Assembly (NCBI GenBank): GCA_965214605.1
Contig: OZ243961.1
Location: forward strand, 1,312,001-1,376,000
Reading direction: 5' to 3'
Length of the DNA stretch: 64,000 nucleotides
Source of the DNA: an uncultured Candidatus Binatia bacterium
GTDB lineage: Bacteria > Desulfobacterota > Binatia > Bin18
Shown: positions 19,663-31,004 of the stretch, piece by piece
Layout: each line of letters starts with the position of its first letter
Position numbering within the stretch: the first letter of the stretch is position 1
Made by a program: the position numbers and the translations under genes
Notes under the pieces: model-generated
The model's database searches: none
What the model saw: only the letters and a program-made list of their open reading frames with translations
Told to the model about the DNA's origin: nothing

Positions 19663-19779
19663 TCCTGGTCTCAATGGCGGAGGGGCCACACCCGTTCCCA
19701 TACCGAACACGGCCGTTAAGCCCTCCAGCGCCGATGGTACTGCCTCCTGTGGAGGTGGGAGAGTAGGACGAGGCCAGGG
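19663..19779 (+). rRNA. rrf: 5S rRNA, stand-alone
   Basis: cctggt...cacacccgttcccataccgaacacgg..gttaag...ccagcgccgatggtactg...gtgggagagtagg....gccagg; terminal helix pairs. Confidence 0.97.
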
Positions 19780-19805
19780 GGTTTTCTTGACCTGACCCAG
19801 GCCAG

Positions 19806-19877
<72 letters not shown>

Positions 19878-19925
19878 CTGCCTTTTTGATACCGCAGCCA
19901 CGACCTTCTACATCCCGGGATCCGT

Positions 19926-20132
19926 ATGGCACCTAGTACGCCGTGCCCAACCTGCCGCAAACCCGCTCCCTGGCAGGCCAACCCCTTTCGCCCTTTTTGC
20001 TCAGAGCGTTGCCGGACTATTGATCTTGGGGCATGGGCCGACGAATCTTACCGCATTCCGGGCGACCCGGCCGAGCCACAAGCGGAATCAGGCAAGTCTG
20101 TCCAACACCACCCGCCCGACAAGCCGCACTAG
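19926..20132 (+). CDS. yacG: DNA gyrase inhibitor YacG
   Basis: CPTC...[17 protein letters not shown]. Confidence 0.93.
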   Translation: MAPSTPCPTCRKPAPWQANPFRPFCSERCRTIDLGAWADESYRIPGDPAEPQAESGKSVQHHPPDKPH

Positions 20133-20145
20133 TCATTAGTCTCCC

Positions 20146-20949
20146 ATGCCAATCCACCCTACCGCGGTCGTTGATCCTCGAGCAGAGATTGCTCCCGAGG
20201 CCCACATCGGGCCGTATGTCGTGATCGACGGCCCTGTCCGAGTGGGATCCAGAACCCGCGTGCTGGCCCATGCCGTTCTCAGCGGCTGGACAGAAATTGG
20301 TGAGGACAATGTTATTCATATGGGAGCGGTCGTTGGCCATGAGCCACAAGACCTGTCCTACGCCCAGCAACAAACTTTTCTCAAGATCGGTCACCGCAAT
20401 GTCTTTCGGGAGCACAGTCAGGTCCATCGGGGAACGGCCGAAGGCAGTACCACCGTTGTTGGGGACGATAATTACCTGATGCAAAACGCCCACATCGCCC
20501 ATAACTGTCAGATTGGAAATCGGACGATTATTGCCGGCGGCGCCCTCCTCGCCGGCTATGTGCAGGTCGCAGACCGCGCCTTTGTGTCCGGGAACTGTGT
20601 GGTGCACCAATTTGTCCGGATCGGGAGCTTGGCCTTGTTACGGGGGTTATCGCGGACCAGTCGCGATGTTCCACCGTTCTGCATCATGGATGGCACCCAC
20701 ACGGTCAGAGCTCTCAATCGGGTGGGCCTACGTCGGGCCGGTTTCAGCCAAGAGCGAATTCAAGCCTTACACACCGCGTTTGGCCGTCTGTTTCGGCAAA
20801 AAATCAATCCGAAACGTGCGGCTGAGGCCCTACGTCAGGAGCCCTGTACACCAGAGGTGTTGGCCTTGCTCGACTTTATCCAACAGTCTGAACGGGGAGT
20901 CTGTTTTGGTCCGCACCAAGCGCAGCGGGGAGAATCCGCCCCGGGCTGA
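20146..20949 (+). CDS. lpxA: UDP-N-acetylglucosamine O-acyltransferase
   Basis: IHPTAVV, hexapeptide repeats, PQDL, HRGT, HIAHNC, VHQFVRIG, LNRVGLRRAGF. Confidence 0.93.
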   Translation: MPIHPTAVVDPRAEIAPEAHIGPYVVIDGPVRVGSRTRVLAHAVLSGWTEIGEDNVIHMGAVVGHEPQDLSYAQQQTFLKIGHRNVFREHSQVHRGTAEGSTTVVGDDNYLMQNAHIAHNCQIGNRTIIAGGALLAGYVQVADRAFVSGNCVVHQFVRIGSLALLRGLSRTSRDVPPFCIMDGTHTVRALNRVGLRRAGFSQERIQALHTAFGRLFRQKINPKRAAEALRQEPCTPEVLALLDFIQQSERGVCFGPHQAQRGESAPG

Positions 20950-20956
20950 ATCTACA

Positions 20957-21029
20957 AGGCGGCGACCGGATTTGAACCGGTGAATGGCGGTTTTGCAGAC
21001 CGCTCCCTTAACCACTTGGGTACGCCGCC
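20957..21029 (-). tRNA. tRNA-Cys(GCA), CCA not encoded
   Basis: Reverse complement GGCGGCGTACCCAAGTGGTTAAGGGAGCGGTCTGCAAAACCGCC...GGTTCAAATCCGGTCGCCGCCT. Confidence 0.97.
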
Positions 21030-21053
21030 ATAGGAAAGCAGGCATCGCCGGCC

Positions 21054-21129
21054 ACCCTATCTGTCCTGGCCATGGATTGCAACACCATCACAGGCGTCCC
21101 TTGACTTCGATTCAGCGGCGACATAGGTA
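21054..21129. promoter_or_regulatory. Divergent promoter pair for tRNA-Cys and purB
   Basis: Minus strand TTGCAA-17-TAGGGT (21082-21054); plus strand TTGACT-17-TAGGTA (21101-21129). Confidence 0.5.
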
Positions 21130-21214
21130 CACGGGAGAGTGACACAGACCCTGAAGCCGCCAAACAACGTAGCTCGCTCGCGCTTCAGTTCCCACCTGTC
21201 GTCCTGGTATCAGC

Positions 21215-22513
21215 ATGATTGAACGCTATACCCGCCCGGTTATGGGCCAGATTTGGTCGGAAGAAAACAAATTCGCCAAGTGGCTAGAGGTGGAGCTGTT
21301 GGCCTGCGAAGCCTTAGCAGAGGATGGCCAGATTCCGCGCACGGCGGCGGACCAACTCCGCCAGCGGGCAGCTCTGAATCTTCCCCGCATGCGGGAGATC
21401 GAGGCCGAGGTCAAGCACGATGTCGTTGCTTTTGTGTCTTCTGTTGCCGAACCGCTTGGTGAGCCTGGCAGGTATCTGCACTTGGGCCTGACCTCATCGG
21501 ACGTCATCGACACCGGTTTCGCCGTCCAGCTGTGTGAGGCGACCGACATCTTGCTGGCCGATGTTCAAGCCTTGTTAAGAGTCCTCAAACGGCTCGCCCA
21601 AGAGCACGCCCATACTCTGACAATCGGCCGTACCCATGGCGTCCACGCCGAACCCATCACCTTTGGCCTCAAAGCCGCCCACTGGTATGCTGAGATGTGG
21701 CGCGGCTATACGCGCCTGAGCCAGGCGCGCCAGGACATCGCGTATGGCAAAATCTCAGGTGCGGTTGGGACGTTTGCCAATATTGACCCAGAGATTGAAG
21801 CCTTTGTGTGTCGTCGGCTCGCCCTGCGGCCAGAACCGATTTCCACCCAGATTGTGCCCCGCGACCGTCACGCGGCGTTCTTCTCGACCCTGGCCTTGAC
21901 CGGCAGTTCGCTGGAACGGATTGCGACCGAGGTGCGCCACCTGCAGCGCACCGAAGTCTTAGAAGTCGAAGAACCTTTTAGTCCCGGCCAAAAGGGCTCT
22001 TCAGCCATGCCGCACAAGCGCAACCCGTGGCAGTTGGAAAACGTGTGCGGTTCCGCTCGCCTGCTGCGTGGCTATGCCCTGTCGGCCTTTGAAAATATCT
22101 CTCTGTGGCATGAACGTGATATTAGCCATTCTTCGGTCGAACGGGTCATTGGTCCGGACGCGACCATCTTGCTCGACTTTATGCTCGCCCGACTGACTGG
22201 CATTCTTGACCGGCTGGTCATTCACCCGGATCGGATGCGTGAAAATATGATGACCCTGGGCGAGATGATCTACTCCGAGCATCTCCTGCTGGCTCTGGTC
22301 CGAAAAGGGGTCGCCCGCGATGACGCCTACCGTTGGGTACAGCGTAACGCTATGCAGGTGTGGGAGACGGGTGTCTCCTTTGCCGCTGCGGTGCGCCAAG
22401 ACCCGGACATTGGCGACCTGCTCAGCCCTGCGGAGATTGATCAACTGTTTGATGTCCAACACGCGCTCAGACATGCCCAGACTGTCATTGAACGTGCCTT
22501 GCGCCAATCCTAG
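21215..22513 (+). CDS. purB: Adenylosuccinate lyase
   Basis: MIERY, HLGLTSSD, GRTHGVHAEP, GSSAMPHKRNP. Confidence 0.97.
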   Translation: MIERYTRPVMGQIWSEENKFAKWLEVELLACEALAEDGQIPRTAADQLRQRAALNLPRMREIEAEVKHDVVAFVSSVAEPLGEPGRYLHLGLTSSDVIDTGFAVQLCEATDILLADVQALLRVLKRLAQEHAHTLTIGRTHGVHAEPITFGLKAAHWYAEMWRGYTRLSQARQDIAYGKISGAVGTFANIDPEIEAFVCRRLALRPEPISTQIVPRDRHAAFFSTLALTGSSLERIATEVRHLQRTEVLEVEEPFSPGQKGSSAMPHKRNPWQLENVCGSARLLRGYALSAFENISLWHERDISHSSVERVIGPDATILLDFMLARLTGILDRLVIHPDRMRENMMTLGEMIYSEHLLLALVRKGVARDDAYRWVQRNAMQVWETGVSFAAAVRQDPDIGDLLSPAEIDQLFDVQHALRHAQTVIERALRQS

Positions 22514-22525
22514 GGCAACTTTTAT

Positions 22526-22774
22526 ATGCTGTTGGCAAAAGTCTACGTGACCCCCAAAAAAGCGATTCTCGATCCCCAGGGCAAAGCGATTGCGGCCTCG
22601 CTGCACGCCCTCAACTATACCGAAGTCAGTGATGTGAGGATGGGCAAATACTTGGAAGTCCATCTCGACGATCTGACGCCGGGCCAAGCCCGGCAGCGGG
22701 TTGAGGAAATGTGTCAGCGGCTTTTGGCCAACCGAATCATTGAGGACTTTCGCTTTGAGTTGGTCGAGGAGTAG
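22526..22774 (+). CDS. purS: FGAM synthase subunit PurS
   Basis: LDPQG, VRMGK, LLAN..IEDF. Confidence 0.96.
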   Translation: MLLAKVYVTPKKAILDPQGKAIAASLHALNYTEVSDVRMGKYLEVHLDDLTPGQARQRVEEMCQRLLANRIIEDFRFELVEE

Positions 22775-22780
22775 CACATA

Positions 22781-23467
22781 ATGAAGTGGGGGGTGGTCAC
22801 CTTTCCCGGTTCAAACGACGACCGAGACGCGGTGTACTGCCTAGAGACGGTCCTGGAACAACAGGTCGTCTCGTTATGGCACAAGGACCGCGACCTGCAC
22901 GGCGTGGACGCGGTGGTCCTGCCGGGTGGATTTTCGTACGGCGATTATCTGCGCTGCGGTGCCCTGGCCCGCTTCTCCCCGGTCATGCAAAGTATTATCG
23001 CGTTTGCCAAAGCCGGCGGACCGGTTCTGGGGATGTGTAACGGCTTTCAGATTTTGTGCGAGTCGGGGCTCTTACCAGGAGCCTTGGTCCGCAATCAGTC
23101 CCTGCTGTTTATCAGCGACTGGGTCTGGATTCGGGTCGAAAATGCCCGCACGGCGTTTACCTCCACGTGTCGGGCGAGCCAGATTCTACACCTGCCGATT
23201 AAGCACGGCGAGGGATGTTATGTCGCCGACGCACAGACCCTGCAGGCGCTTGAAGACAACGGCCAAATCGTCTTTCGTTATACCACCTCAACAGGTGCCG
23301 TCGAGGCCAGCGCGAACCCCAATGGATCACTGAACAATATCGCGGGGATTACCAATCGGCGGGGCAATGTCGTTGGCCTGATGCCCCATCCTGAACACGC
23401 CGTCGAATCGCTCCTAGGCGGAGAAGACGGTCGCTGGCTGTTCGACCGTGTATGGGAGAGGCGTTGA
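22781..23467 (+). CDS. purQ: FGAM synthase glutaminase subunit
   Basis: [28 protein letters not shown]. Confidence 0.97.
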   Translation: MKWGVVTFPGSNDDRDAVYCLETVLEQQVVSLWHKDRDLHGVDAVVLPGGFSYGDYLRCGALARFSPVMQSIIAFAKAGGPVLGMCNGFQILCESGLLPGALVRNQSLLFISDWVWIRVENARTAFTSTCRASQILHLPIKHGEGCYVADAQTLQALEDNGQIVFRYTTSTGAVEASANPNGSLNNIAGITNRRGNVVGLMPHPEHAVESLLGGEDGRWLFDRVWERR

Positions 23468-23481
23468 ACGCCTGTATAACC

Positions 23482-25704
23482 ATGCCGTCCTACACCACCC
23501 CACCAGTGACGCTCCGACTCGCCCAAGATCATGGCCTGACCGACGCCGAATACGAGCGCATCGTTCAACTGCTGGGTCGTACGCCGAGCTTTGAGGAGTT
23601 GGGAGTCTTTTCGGTCATGTGGTCTGAGCACTGCAGCTATAAAAGCTCCCGGCGATTTTTGCGCCACCTGCCGACCACGGGACCGGCTATTCTCCAGGGT
23701 CCGGGCGAAAACGCGGGAATTGTCGATATTGGTAACGGGCTGGCCGTGGTGTTTAAAATTGAGAGCCACAACCATCCCTCGTTTATCGAGCCCTACCATG
23801 GTGCGGCAACTGGCGTAGGCGGGATTTTACGCGATGTGTTTACTATGGGGGCCCGGCCGATTGCCTCGCTCAACTCGCTGCGTTTTGGCGCTCCCACACA
23901 CCCGCGCACGCCGTATTTAGTGAAAGGGGTAGTGGCCGGTATCGGCGGCTATGGCAACAGTGTCGGCGTGCCGACCGTTGGCGGTGAGGTATACTTTGAC
24001 CCTGGCTATAATGGCAATATTCTGGTCAACGCCTTTACCTTGGGTGTGGTCAAAACCGACCGAATTTTTCGCGCCCGGGCGGCCGGAGCAGGCAACCCCG
24101 TCATCTACGTCGGCTCACGCACTGGCCGAGATGGGATTCATGGGGCCAGTCTGCTCGCCTCACGTGAATTTGACGCGCGTTCAGAAGAACTGCGGCCGGC
24201 CGTGCAGGTCGGCGATCCGTTTACCGAAAACCTATTAATCGAGGCCTGTCTCGAGCTTATGCAGCGGGATTTGATCGTAGCGATCCAGGACATGGGAGCG
24301 GCCGGCTTGACCAGTTCATCGGTCGAAATGGCTGGCCGGGGGGGGACCGGCTTTTTGCTCAATCTAGACGCCGTTCCCACCCGCGAGAACGGGATCAGCC
24401 CCTACGAACTGTTACTGTCAGAGTCCCAAGAACGTATGCTGCTCGTAGCCAAGGCAGGCTGTGAAGAAGAAGTCAGGGCTATTTTCTCTGGCTGGGATTT
24501 ACCCGCCGTTGTTGTCGGCCAGGTTACCGATGACGGCCTGTTCCGAGCCGAGTGGCGGGGTCGAGAGGTGGTCCGTATTCCGGTCTCGGCGCTGACCGCC
24601 GAGGCGCCGGACTACGAGCGTCCGGTCCAAAAACCGGACGATCTCGACCAGCGTCAGGTGCTCAAGCTAGCAAGCCTCCCCCTGCCGAGCGATTACAACG
24701 CCGTTCTGTTACGGCTCCTAGGTTCGCCGAATCTAGCCAGCAAAGAATGGGTGTATCAACAGTACGATACGCTGGTCAGTGGCAATACCGTTGTCCAGCC
24801 CGGCTCGGATGCGGCCGTGCTGCGCATTAAAGGGACCACGACTGGTATCGGCCTGAGCGTCGACTGCAACAGTCGTTACTGTGCCCAAGACCCGTATCGC
24901 GGCGCGCTGATCGCCGTGGCCGAGAGCGCACGCAACCTGGCTGTCAGCGGCGCTCGCCCGCTTGCCCTGTCCGACTGTCTGAATTTCGGCAACCCGGAAA
25001 AACCCGAAGTAATGTGGCAATTCCAGCAGGCCATTGCCGGTATACGGGACGCGTGTCAGGCGCTTGGCCTAGCCGTTGTCAGCGGTAATGTCAGCTTTTA
25101 TAACGAAACTGAAGGTCGGGCTATTCCGCCAACGCCGACTGTTGCCATGGTCGGCATCCTAGCGGATATCAACCAACGGTTGACCCAATGGTTTAAGCGG
25201 CCGGGAGATGTGATCGTCTTGCTCGGCGAGACCCTAGAGGAGCTAGGCGCCAGTGAGTATCTGGCCCTGATTCATCACCGGGTGGCAGGCCGACCCCCTC
25301 AGCTTGACCTCGATCGCGAAAAACGCCTCCACCAGCTGTGTCTCGACGCCAATGCGGAAGACCTGCTGTCTTCGGCCCACGACGTTGCCGAGGGCGGCCT
25401 AGCCGTGGCGCTGGCCGAGGCGTGCATTAGCGGCCCGGCCACTCTCGGTGCTCGGGTACGTCTTTCGGATTCGCTGCGTCTCGACGCTCAACTGTTTGGC
25501 GAAAGCCAGTCCCGAGTACTCGTCTCATTACCCACTGCAAAGCTGGCTCGACTCCAAGCTCTGACCGAGGCAGCCGGCCTGCCGTGCGTCGTTCTAGGCC
25601 AGGTCGGCGGAAGCGTGTTGGAGCTGACCGGGAGTATACGCCTGCCGGTAGCCCAACTCAAACACGAATGGCGGACCGCTCTGGCCCGGCACGTGGAACT
25701 GTGA
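23482..25704 (+). CDS. purL: FGAM synthase subunit PurL (small form)
   Basis: [31 protein letters not shown]. Confidence 0.97.
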   Translation: MPSYTTPPVTLRLAQDHGLTDAEYERIVQLLGRTPSFEELGVFSVMWSEHCSYKSSRRFLRHLPTTGPAILQGPGENAGIVDIGNGLAVVFKIESHNHPSFIEPYHGAATGVGGILRDVFTMGARPIASLNSLRFGAPTHPRTPYLVKGVVAGIGGYGNSVGVPTVGGEVYFDPGYNGNILVNAFTLGVVKTDRIFRARAAGAGNPVIYVGSRTGRDGIHGASLLASREFDARSEELRPAVQVGDPFTENLLIEACLELMQRDLIVAIQDMGAAGLTSSSVEMAGRGGTGFLLNLDAVPTRENGISPYELLLSESQERMLLVAKAGCEEEVRAIFSGWDLPAVVVGQVTDDGLFRAEWRGREVVRIPVSALTAEAPDYERPVQKPDDLDQRQVLKLASLPLPSDYNAVLLRLLGSPNLASKEWVYQQYDTLVSGNTVVQPGSDAAVLRIKGTTTGIGLSVDCNSRYCAQDPYRGALIAVAESARNLAVSGARPLALSDCLNFGNPEKPEVMWQFQQAIAGIRDACQALGLAVVSGNVSFYNETEGRAIPPTPTVAMVGILADINQRLTQWFKRPGDVIVLLGETLEELGASEYLALIHHRVAGRPPQLDLDREKRLHQLCLDANAEDLLSSAHDVAEGGLAVALAEACISGPATLGARVRLSDSLRLDAQLFGESQSRVLVSLPTAKLARLQALTEAAGLPCVVLGQVGGSVLELTGSIRLPVAQLKHEWRTALARHVEL

Positions 25705-25750
25705 GGCACGAGGTCTGAGGCGGAGGGCACGCGGGCCGAGAGGAGGTTCC

Positions 25751-27223
25751 ATGCCGGACACACACACACTGAGCCAACGTGCTCAGCAGCAGGCCCCGCG
25801 TGACCGCTCTGATCGTTTTCATGAAGAGTGCGGCGTGGTCGGTATCTATGGCCACCCCGACGCGGCCAATCTTGCGTATCTGTCGCTGTACGCCTTGCAG
25901 CATCGGGGGCAAGAATCGGCCGGTCTTGTGTCGTCCAACGGCCAAACCCTACTCGCCCATCGCGGGCTCGGCCTGGTCGCCGATATTTTTGACGAACGAC
26001 AGATCCGTCGCCTGGAGGGCAGGAGCGCCATCGGCCATAATCGCTACTCTACCGCTGGCTCGACGATTCTCAGAAATACCCAACCGCTGGTAGCCCGCTA
26101 CACCTACGGCTCGCTGGCGGTTGGTCATAACGGCAACCTGGTCAACGCCAGCGAGCTGCGGTTACGTTTAGAACGGCAAGGCTCAATCTTTCAGTCAACA
26201 GTCGACACCGAGGTAATCCTGCACCTCATTGCCGGTGCTCAAACTCCGACCCTGGTTGACCGGATTATCGAAGCCCTAGCTCAGCTGCGTGGGGCGTATT
26301 CCTTGGTGTTTCTGACAGAAAACGCCATGATTGCCGCCCGTGATCCCTACGGTTTTCGTCCGCTCGTGTTGGGCCAGATTAAGGAGGGGGAAAGAGAAAC
26401 CGCGGTCGTTGCCTCAGAAACCTGCGCCTTCGACCTGATTGGCGCCAGCTATGAACGGGAAGTCGAGCCGGGCGAGGTCGTGTTGTTTACGCAGCGCGGC
26501 CTACAGTCGTACAAACCCTTCCCGCGTGAACCGCTCTCCCGGTGTGTGTTCGAGTATATTTATTTCTCCCGACCCGATAGTACACTGTACGGTAAGAGTG
26601 TCTACCAGGTCCGACAAGCTTTCGGGCGTCAACTCGCCCGCGAGGCTCCAGCCGAGGCCGATATCGTCATCCCAGTCCCGGACTCTGGCGTGCCGCCGGC
26701 GCTCGGTTATGCCCAGGAGATAGGCCTACCGTTTGAGATGGGTTTGATTCGGAATCACTATGTTGGCCGCACCTTTATCGAGCCCCGCGACGCCATCCGC
26801 CATTTTGGTGTCAAGATCAAGCTCAACGCCCAAAATGACGTCTTGCGCGGAAAGCGGGTTGTTGTTGTTGACGACTCGATTGTCAGGGGCACGACGAGCC
26901 TCAAGATTATCACCATGATTCGCAATGCCGGAGCGCGTGAAGTCCATATGCGGATTAGCTCTCCACCAACGGTCGGCCCGTGTTACTATGGTGTTGATAC
27001 GCCCAAGCGAGGCGAGTTGATAGCCGCCAACCAAGACGTTGAGGATATTCGGCGCTATATCACGGCCGACAGCCTCTCCTATCTGAGCGAGGCCGGTCTG
27101 TATATCGCCCTCAAAGAGTCGCAGACCGGTTTCTGTGACGCCTGCTTTACCGACCGCTACCCGATCCCGATCGGGGAACGGCCCAAGGGCAGCCAGCTGG
27201 TGCTGTTTGAACTCGATCGCTGA
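25751..27223 (+). CDS. purF: Amidophosphoribosyltransferase
   Basis: EE|CGVVG with propeptide, QHRGQESAG, VDDSIVRGTT, Fe-S cysteines (FCDACF). Confidence 0.97.
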   Translation: MPDTHTLSQRAQQQAPRDRSDRFHEECGVVGIYGHPDAANLAYLSLYALQHRGQESAGLVSSNGQTLLAHRGLGLVADIFDERQIRRLEGRSAIGHNRYSTAGSTILRNTQPLVARYTYGSLAVGHNGNLVNASELRLRLERQGSIFQSTVDTEVILHLIAGAQTPTLVDRIIEALAQLRGAYSLVFLTENAMIAARDPYGFRPLVLGQIKEGERETAVVASETCAFDLIGASYEREVEPGEVVLFTQRGLQSYKPFPREPLSRCVFEYIYFSRPDSTLYGKSVYQVRQAFGRQLAREAPAEADIVIPVPDSGVPPALGYAQEIGLPFEMGLIRNHYVGRTFIEPRDAIRHFGVKIKLNAQNDVLRGKRVVVVDDSIVRGTTSLKIITMIRNAGAREVHMRISSPPTVGPCYYGVDTPKRGELIAANQDVEDIRRYITADSLSYLSEAGLYIALKESQTGFCDACFTDRYPIPIGERPKGSQLVLFELDR

Positions 27224-27236
27224 GGGCTTGGCCCCG

Positions 27237-28835
27237 TCACCCGTCGCTAACCCGCACGACAGTATCCCGATGCCAGTGGCGGTCGTCAGGCTGCGGATAA
27301 TCCAGAGTTGAATGCAAACCCCGACTCTCCCGGCGCAGAAGGGCACATCGAATAATCAGCTCGGCCACAGTGGCTAAGTTCCGCAGCTCTAGCCCATCGC
27401 CGGTCACCAGAAAGTTCCAATAATAGTCCCGAATCTCGTCCTGAATCAGCCCAATCCGACGCTGCGCACGGGCCAGACGACGGTCGCTGCGCACAATGCC
27501 GACGTAGTTCCACATCAGGCGGCGAATCTCCTCCCAGGTCTGGGTCACCACGACCATTTCATCACTATCGACCGCCTGACCCGGGTTCCAGTCAGCAAAT
27601 GGTGGGCTCGGCTGCCGATCGGTGGCCAGCAATTCCCGGGCATGGACAAAAACTCGATGGGCAAAGACGACGGCTTCGAGCAGAGAGTTGGACGCGAGCC
27701 GGTTGGCCCCGTGCAGACCGGACATGCTGACCTCACCGGCCGCGTATAAACGTCGGATCGCGGTTGCGCCGTTCAAGTTAATGACCACACCTCCACACAT
27801 ATAGTGAGCCGCGGGGACGACCGGAAGCGGATCAGTGGTGAGATCAAGGCCGTACTCAAGACAACGTTGGGAGATGACCGGAAAGCGCTGGCGCAAGAAA
27901 TCCGCGTCGCGGTGACTGATATCAAGGAAGACCGACTCAAAGCCGTGCGTCTTCATTTCCCGGTCAATCGCCCGCGCCACAATGTCGCGGGGGGCAAGCT
28001 CGGCCCGCTCATCGTAGTCGGCCATAAACGCCGTGCCATCCGGACGGCGTAAAATCGCTCCCTCTCCCCGTAAGGCTTCAGAAATCAAAAATGACTTCGC
28101 TTGGGGATGAAACAGACAGGTCGGGTGAAACTGAAAAAATTCGAGATTGGCGACCGGTGCGCCGGCCCGATAGGCCATTGCCACACCGTCGCCGGTCGCC
28201 ACATCGGGATTGCTGGTGTACAGGTAGACCTTGCCCGCTCCTCCGGTGCATAACACAGTGACCCGGGCGGTAAACGTCGAGACCCGGTTGGTCTCAAGAT
28301 CAAGCACATAAGCTCCCCAGCACTCTTTGTCCGTCGGCCCACCGGTCGTCAGCAGATCAATCCCCATATGCTTCTCAAGAATACGAATATTGGTCCGGCG
28401 ACGAACGGCGTCGACCAGGGCACGGATAATTTCCTGACCGGTGGCATCAGCCGCATGGAGGATACGACGGTACGAATGGCCTCCCTCAAGGCCCAGATCA
28501 TACTCCTTAGCCCGGCTCCCGTTGCCCCTTCGACGCGAAAAGTTGGTGCCCAACGCAATCAGTTCCCGAATCCGCTCCGGCCCCTCACGGACAACGGTTT
28601 CGACCACCTTCGTATGACAGATTCCAGCTCCGGCCTTCAGGGTATCACGCGTATGGGCGTCAAAAGAATCATCTGCACTCCAGACAGAGGCAATACCGCC
28701 CTGGGCGTAGGCGCTATTACTCTCCGGGAGGCGGTCTTTGGTGACAATTGTAACCGAGCTGTGGACGGCCGCTTTGAGGGCTAGACTTAAGCCGGCAACG
28801 CCGCTGCCGATAATGAGATAGTCGCTTATATCCAT
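27237..28835 (-). CDS. nadB: L-aspartate oxidase
   Basis: IIGSGVAG, YAQGGIA, EGGHS, QFHPT, LHGANRLASNSLLE. Confidence 0.96.
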   Translation of the reverse strand: MDISDYLIIGSGVAGLSLALKAAVHSSVTIVTKDRLPESNSAYAQGGIASVWSADDSFDAHTRDTLKAGAGICHTKVVETVVREGPERIRELIALGTNFSRRRGNGSRAKEYDLGLEGGHSYRRILHAADATGQEIIRALVDAVRRRTNIRILEKHMGIDLLTTGGPTDKECWGAYVLDLETNRVSTFTARVTVLCTGGAGKVYLYTSNPDVATGDGVAMAYRAGAPVANLEFFQFHPTCLFHPQAKSFLISEALRGEGAILRRPDGTAFMADYDERAELAPRDIVARAIDREMKTHGFESVFLDISHRDADFLRQRFPVISQRCLEYGLDLTTDPLPVVPAAHYMCGGVVINLNGATAIRRLYAAGEVSMSGLHGANRLASNSLLEAVVFAHRVFVHARELLATDRQPSPPFADWNPGQAVDSDEMVVVTQTWEEIRRLMWNYVGIVRSDRRLARAQRRIGLIQDEIRDYYWNFLVTGDGLELRNLATVAELIIRCALLRRESRGLHSTLDYPQPDDRHWHRDTVVRVSDG

Positions 28836-28995
28836 GGACCGCCCCATTGCTGTCATGTCAATACCACAGAGTCAAGGCAGGAAGTGGAAGGGACAGGAAA
28901 TTGACCTGGAACAGAAAATTGCTTATGTGGGATGCTGTTGTGCTGGTCAGGTGAACGATGATGACCGCCTCATCAGGAAGAGTGCGTCACTCACT

Positions 28996-29673
28996 TTGTC
29001 AACGAGAAAAATTGTGTCACATGTGCCCAATCTGCTGAGTCTCTTCCGTATCGCTCTGATCCCGTTGCTGATGTACTATCTGACCGACCCTGGGCCGAGT
29101 GCCGGAGTCTGGGCGTTTTGTATTTTTTTTGTGGCCAGTTGGACAGACTACTTTGACGGTTATATTGCCCGTTTACAGGGTCGGACCAGTACCCTGGGCA
29201 AGTTGCTCGACCCCCTGGCCGATAAACTTTTGGTGATGGCTGCCCTGATTATGCTGCTCAGCCTTGACCGTTTTCCACGGGTTCCAGCCTGGCTAGTTGT
29301 CCTGCTGATCGGACGAGAGATTGCGGTTACCGGGCTGCGCGGCATTGCAGCCGGTTCAGGGGTAGTTATTGAAGCCGAAGCGCTCGGCAAGTACAAAACC
29401 CTATGCCAAATCTTTGCCGTACACAGTTTGATCCTGCACTACACCTATTGGGACATCGATTTTCATCTCACGGGGATGTATTTTCTGTGGATCTCGGCCC
29501 TGTTCAGCCTGTGGTCCGGACTTGAGTATCATCTCAAGGTCATCCGAGAGCTTTCAGCCAGCCGTTCGGTGCCCCGAGACCGACAGGACCAGCCGACTCG
29601 GCAGAATCCTGGGAACACGTATACGAACAGTCAGGTCGATGGACGCCACGTCCGACACACTGACCCAGCCTAG
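28996..29673 (+). CDS. pgsA: Phosphatidylglycerophosphate synthase (start uncertain)
   Basis: PNLLSLFRI, TDYFDGYIAR, GKLLDPLADK. Confidence 0.92.
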   Translation: MSTRKIVSHVPNLLSLFRIALIPLLMYYLTDPGPSAGVWAFCIFFVASWTDYFDGYIARLQGRTSTLGKLLDPLADKLLVMAALIMLLSLDRFPRVPAWLVVLLIGREIAVTGLRGIAAGSGVVIEAEALGKYKTLCQIFAVHSLILHYTYWDIDFHLTGMYFLWISALFSLWSGLEYHLKVIRELSASRSVPRDRQDQPTRQNPGNTYTNSQVDGRHVRHTDPA

Positions 29674-29693
29674 CTAAGCGATGAGAGAGCGAC

Positions 29694-30701
29694 ATGCGGG
29701 TTTTAGTCACCGGAGCTGCCGGTTTCATTGGATTTCATGTTGCGGCCCGCCTGCTTGCCCGTGGGGACTCAGTCATCGGCCTAGATAATATCAACGCCTA
29801 CTACGATGTCCGCCTGAAACAAGCCCGACTGGCCCAGCTCAGCCACCAGGCTCGCTTCAGCTTTCATAAACTCGATCTAGCCGACCGGGCAGGCATGGCC
29901 GAGCTGTTTCAGCATTACCGCCCGGAGCAGGTCGTCCACCTGGCCGCCCAGGCCGGCGTCCGCCACTCGCTGACGAATCCGCACGCCTATGTTGAGAGTA
30001 ACCTGGTCGGCTTTCTGAATGTTGTCGAAGGCTGCCGGACGATTCAGACTGTCCACCTGGTGTATGCCTCGAGCAGCTCAGTATACGGGGCGAACACAAC
30101 GAAGCCGTTTTCGGTCCACCACAATGTCGACCATCCGATTTCCCTGTACGCCGCGTCCAAAAAAGCCAATGAACTGATGGCCCATACGTATAGCCATCTA
30201 TATGGTCTGCCGACGACCGGTCTGCGGTTTTTTACTGTATACGGTCCGTGGGGCCGTCCGGATATGGCCCTGTTTGTGTTTACCCGCGCCATTCTGGCTG
30301 GCGATCCCATAGCGGTCTTTAACGATGGCCGGATGCGACGTGATTTTACCTACATCGACGATATTGTCGAGGGCGTAATCCGCGTGCTGGATAGCGTTGC
30401 TCAACCGAACCCGGCCTGGTCTGCTCAGGCGCCCGATCCGGGCACCAGTTCGGCGCCTTACCGTCTGTATAACATCGGCAACGGTCAGCCGGTCGAACTG
30501 CTGGACTTTATCTCCGTACTAGAGGAGTGCCTGGGCCGCCCAGCAAAAAAGAAGTTTCAGCCTCTGCAGGCCGGCGATGTGCCAGAAACCTACGCCGACG
30601 TGGACGATTTAGTCCGCGCCGTCGGCTTTCGGCCGGCCACGCCGCTGCGCGAGGGCATTGCCCGGTTCGTGGAATGGTACCGAGGATACTACCAGGTGTA
30701 A
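29694..30701 (+). CDS. NAD-dependent epimerase (UDP-glucuronate 4-epimerase type)
   Basis: [37 protein letters not shown]. Confidence 0.93.
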   Translation: MRVLVTGAAGFIGFHVAARLLARGDSVIGLDNINAYYDVRLKQARLAQLSHQARFSFHKLDLADRAGMAELFQHYRPEQVVHLAAQAGVRHSLTNPHAYVESNLVGFLNVVEGCRTIQTVHLVYASSSSVYGANTTKPFSVHHNVDHPISLYAASKKANELMAHTYSHLYGLPTTGLRFFTVYGPWGRPDMALFVFTRAILAGDPIAVFNDGRMRRDFTYIDDIVEGVIRVLDSVAQPNPAWSAQAPDPGTSSAPYRLYNIGNGQPVELLDFISVLEECLGRPAKKKFQPLQAGDVPETYADVDDLVRAVGFRPATPLREGIARFVEWYRGYYQV

Positions 30702-31004
30702 GAGGGACTCATCCTGGTGGAGTCTGGGATTTCCCTCGCACGGGAAAACGTCCCAGCGTTCTCGATCTTCTCTGTGTTCCGAACAGTCGCTGCGATTCCA
30801 CATCATCCTCGCATAGCGGTCCATTCATAACGGCAGGACCGCTCTCAGAGATCACCCTTAGTCCTCTCTCCAGAAGAGCCGACTTGTCTACTCCGGCGAC
30901 AAGAAACACCTCCCTCCCATCAAACCCCAGCCCCGCTGTAACCGCCCGTGGCGCCTCAGAGCATCTCACGAGGGAGAAATCGCAGCCCTCGACAGTGTGG
31001 AGAC

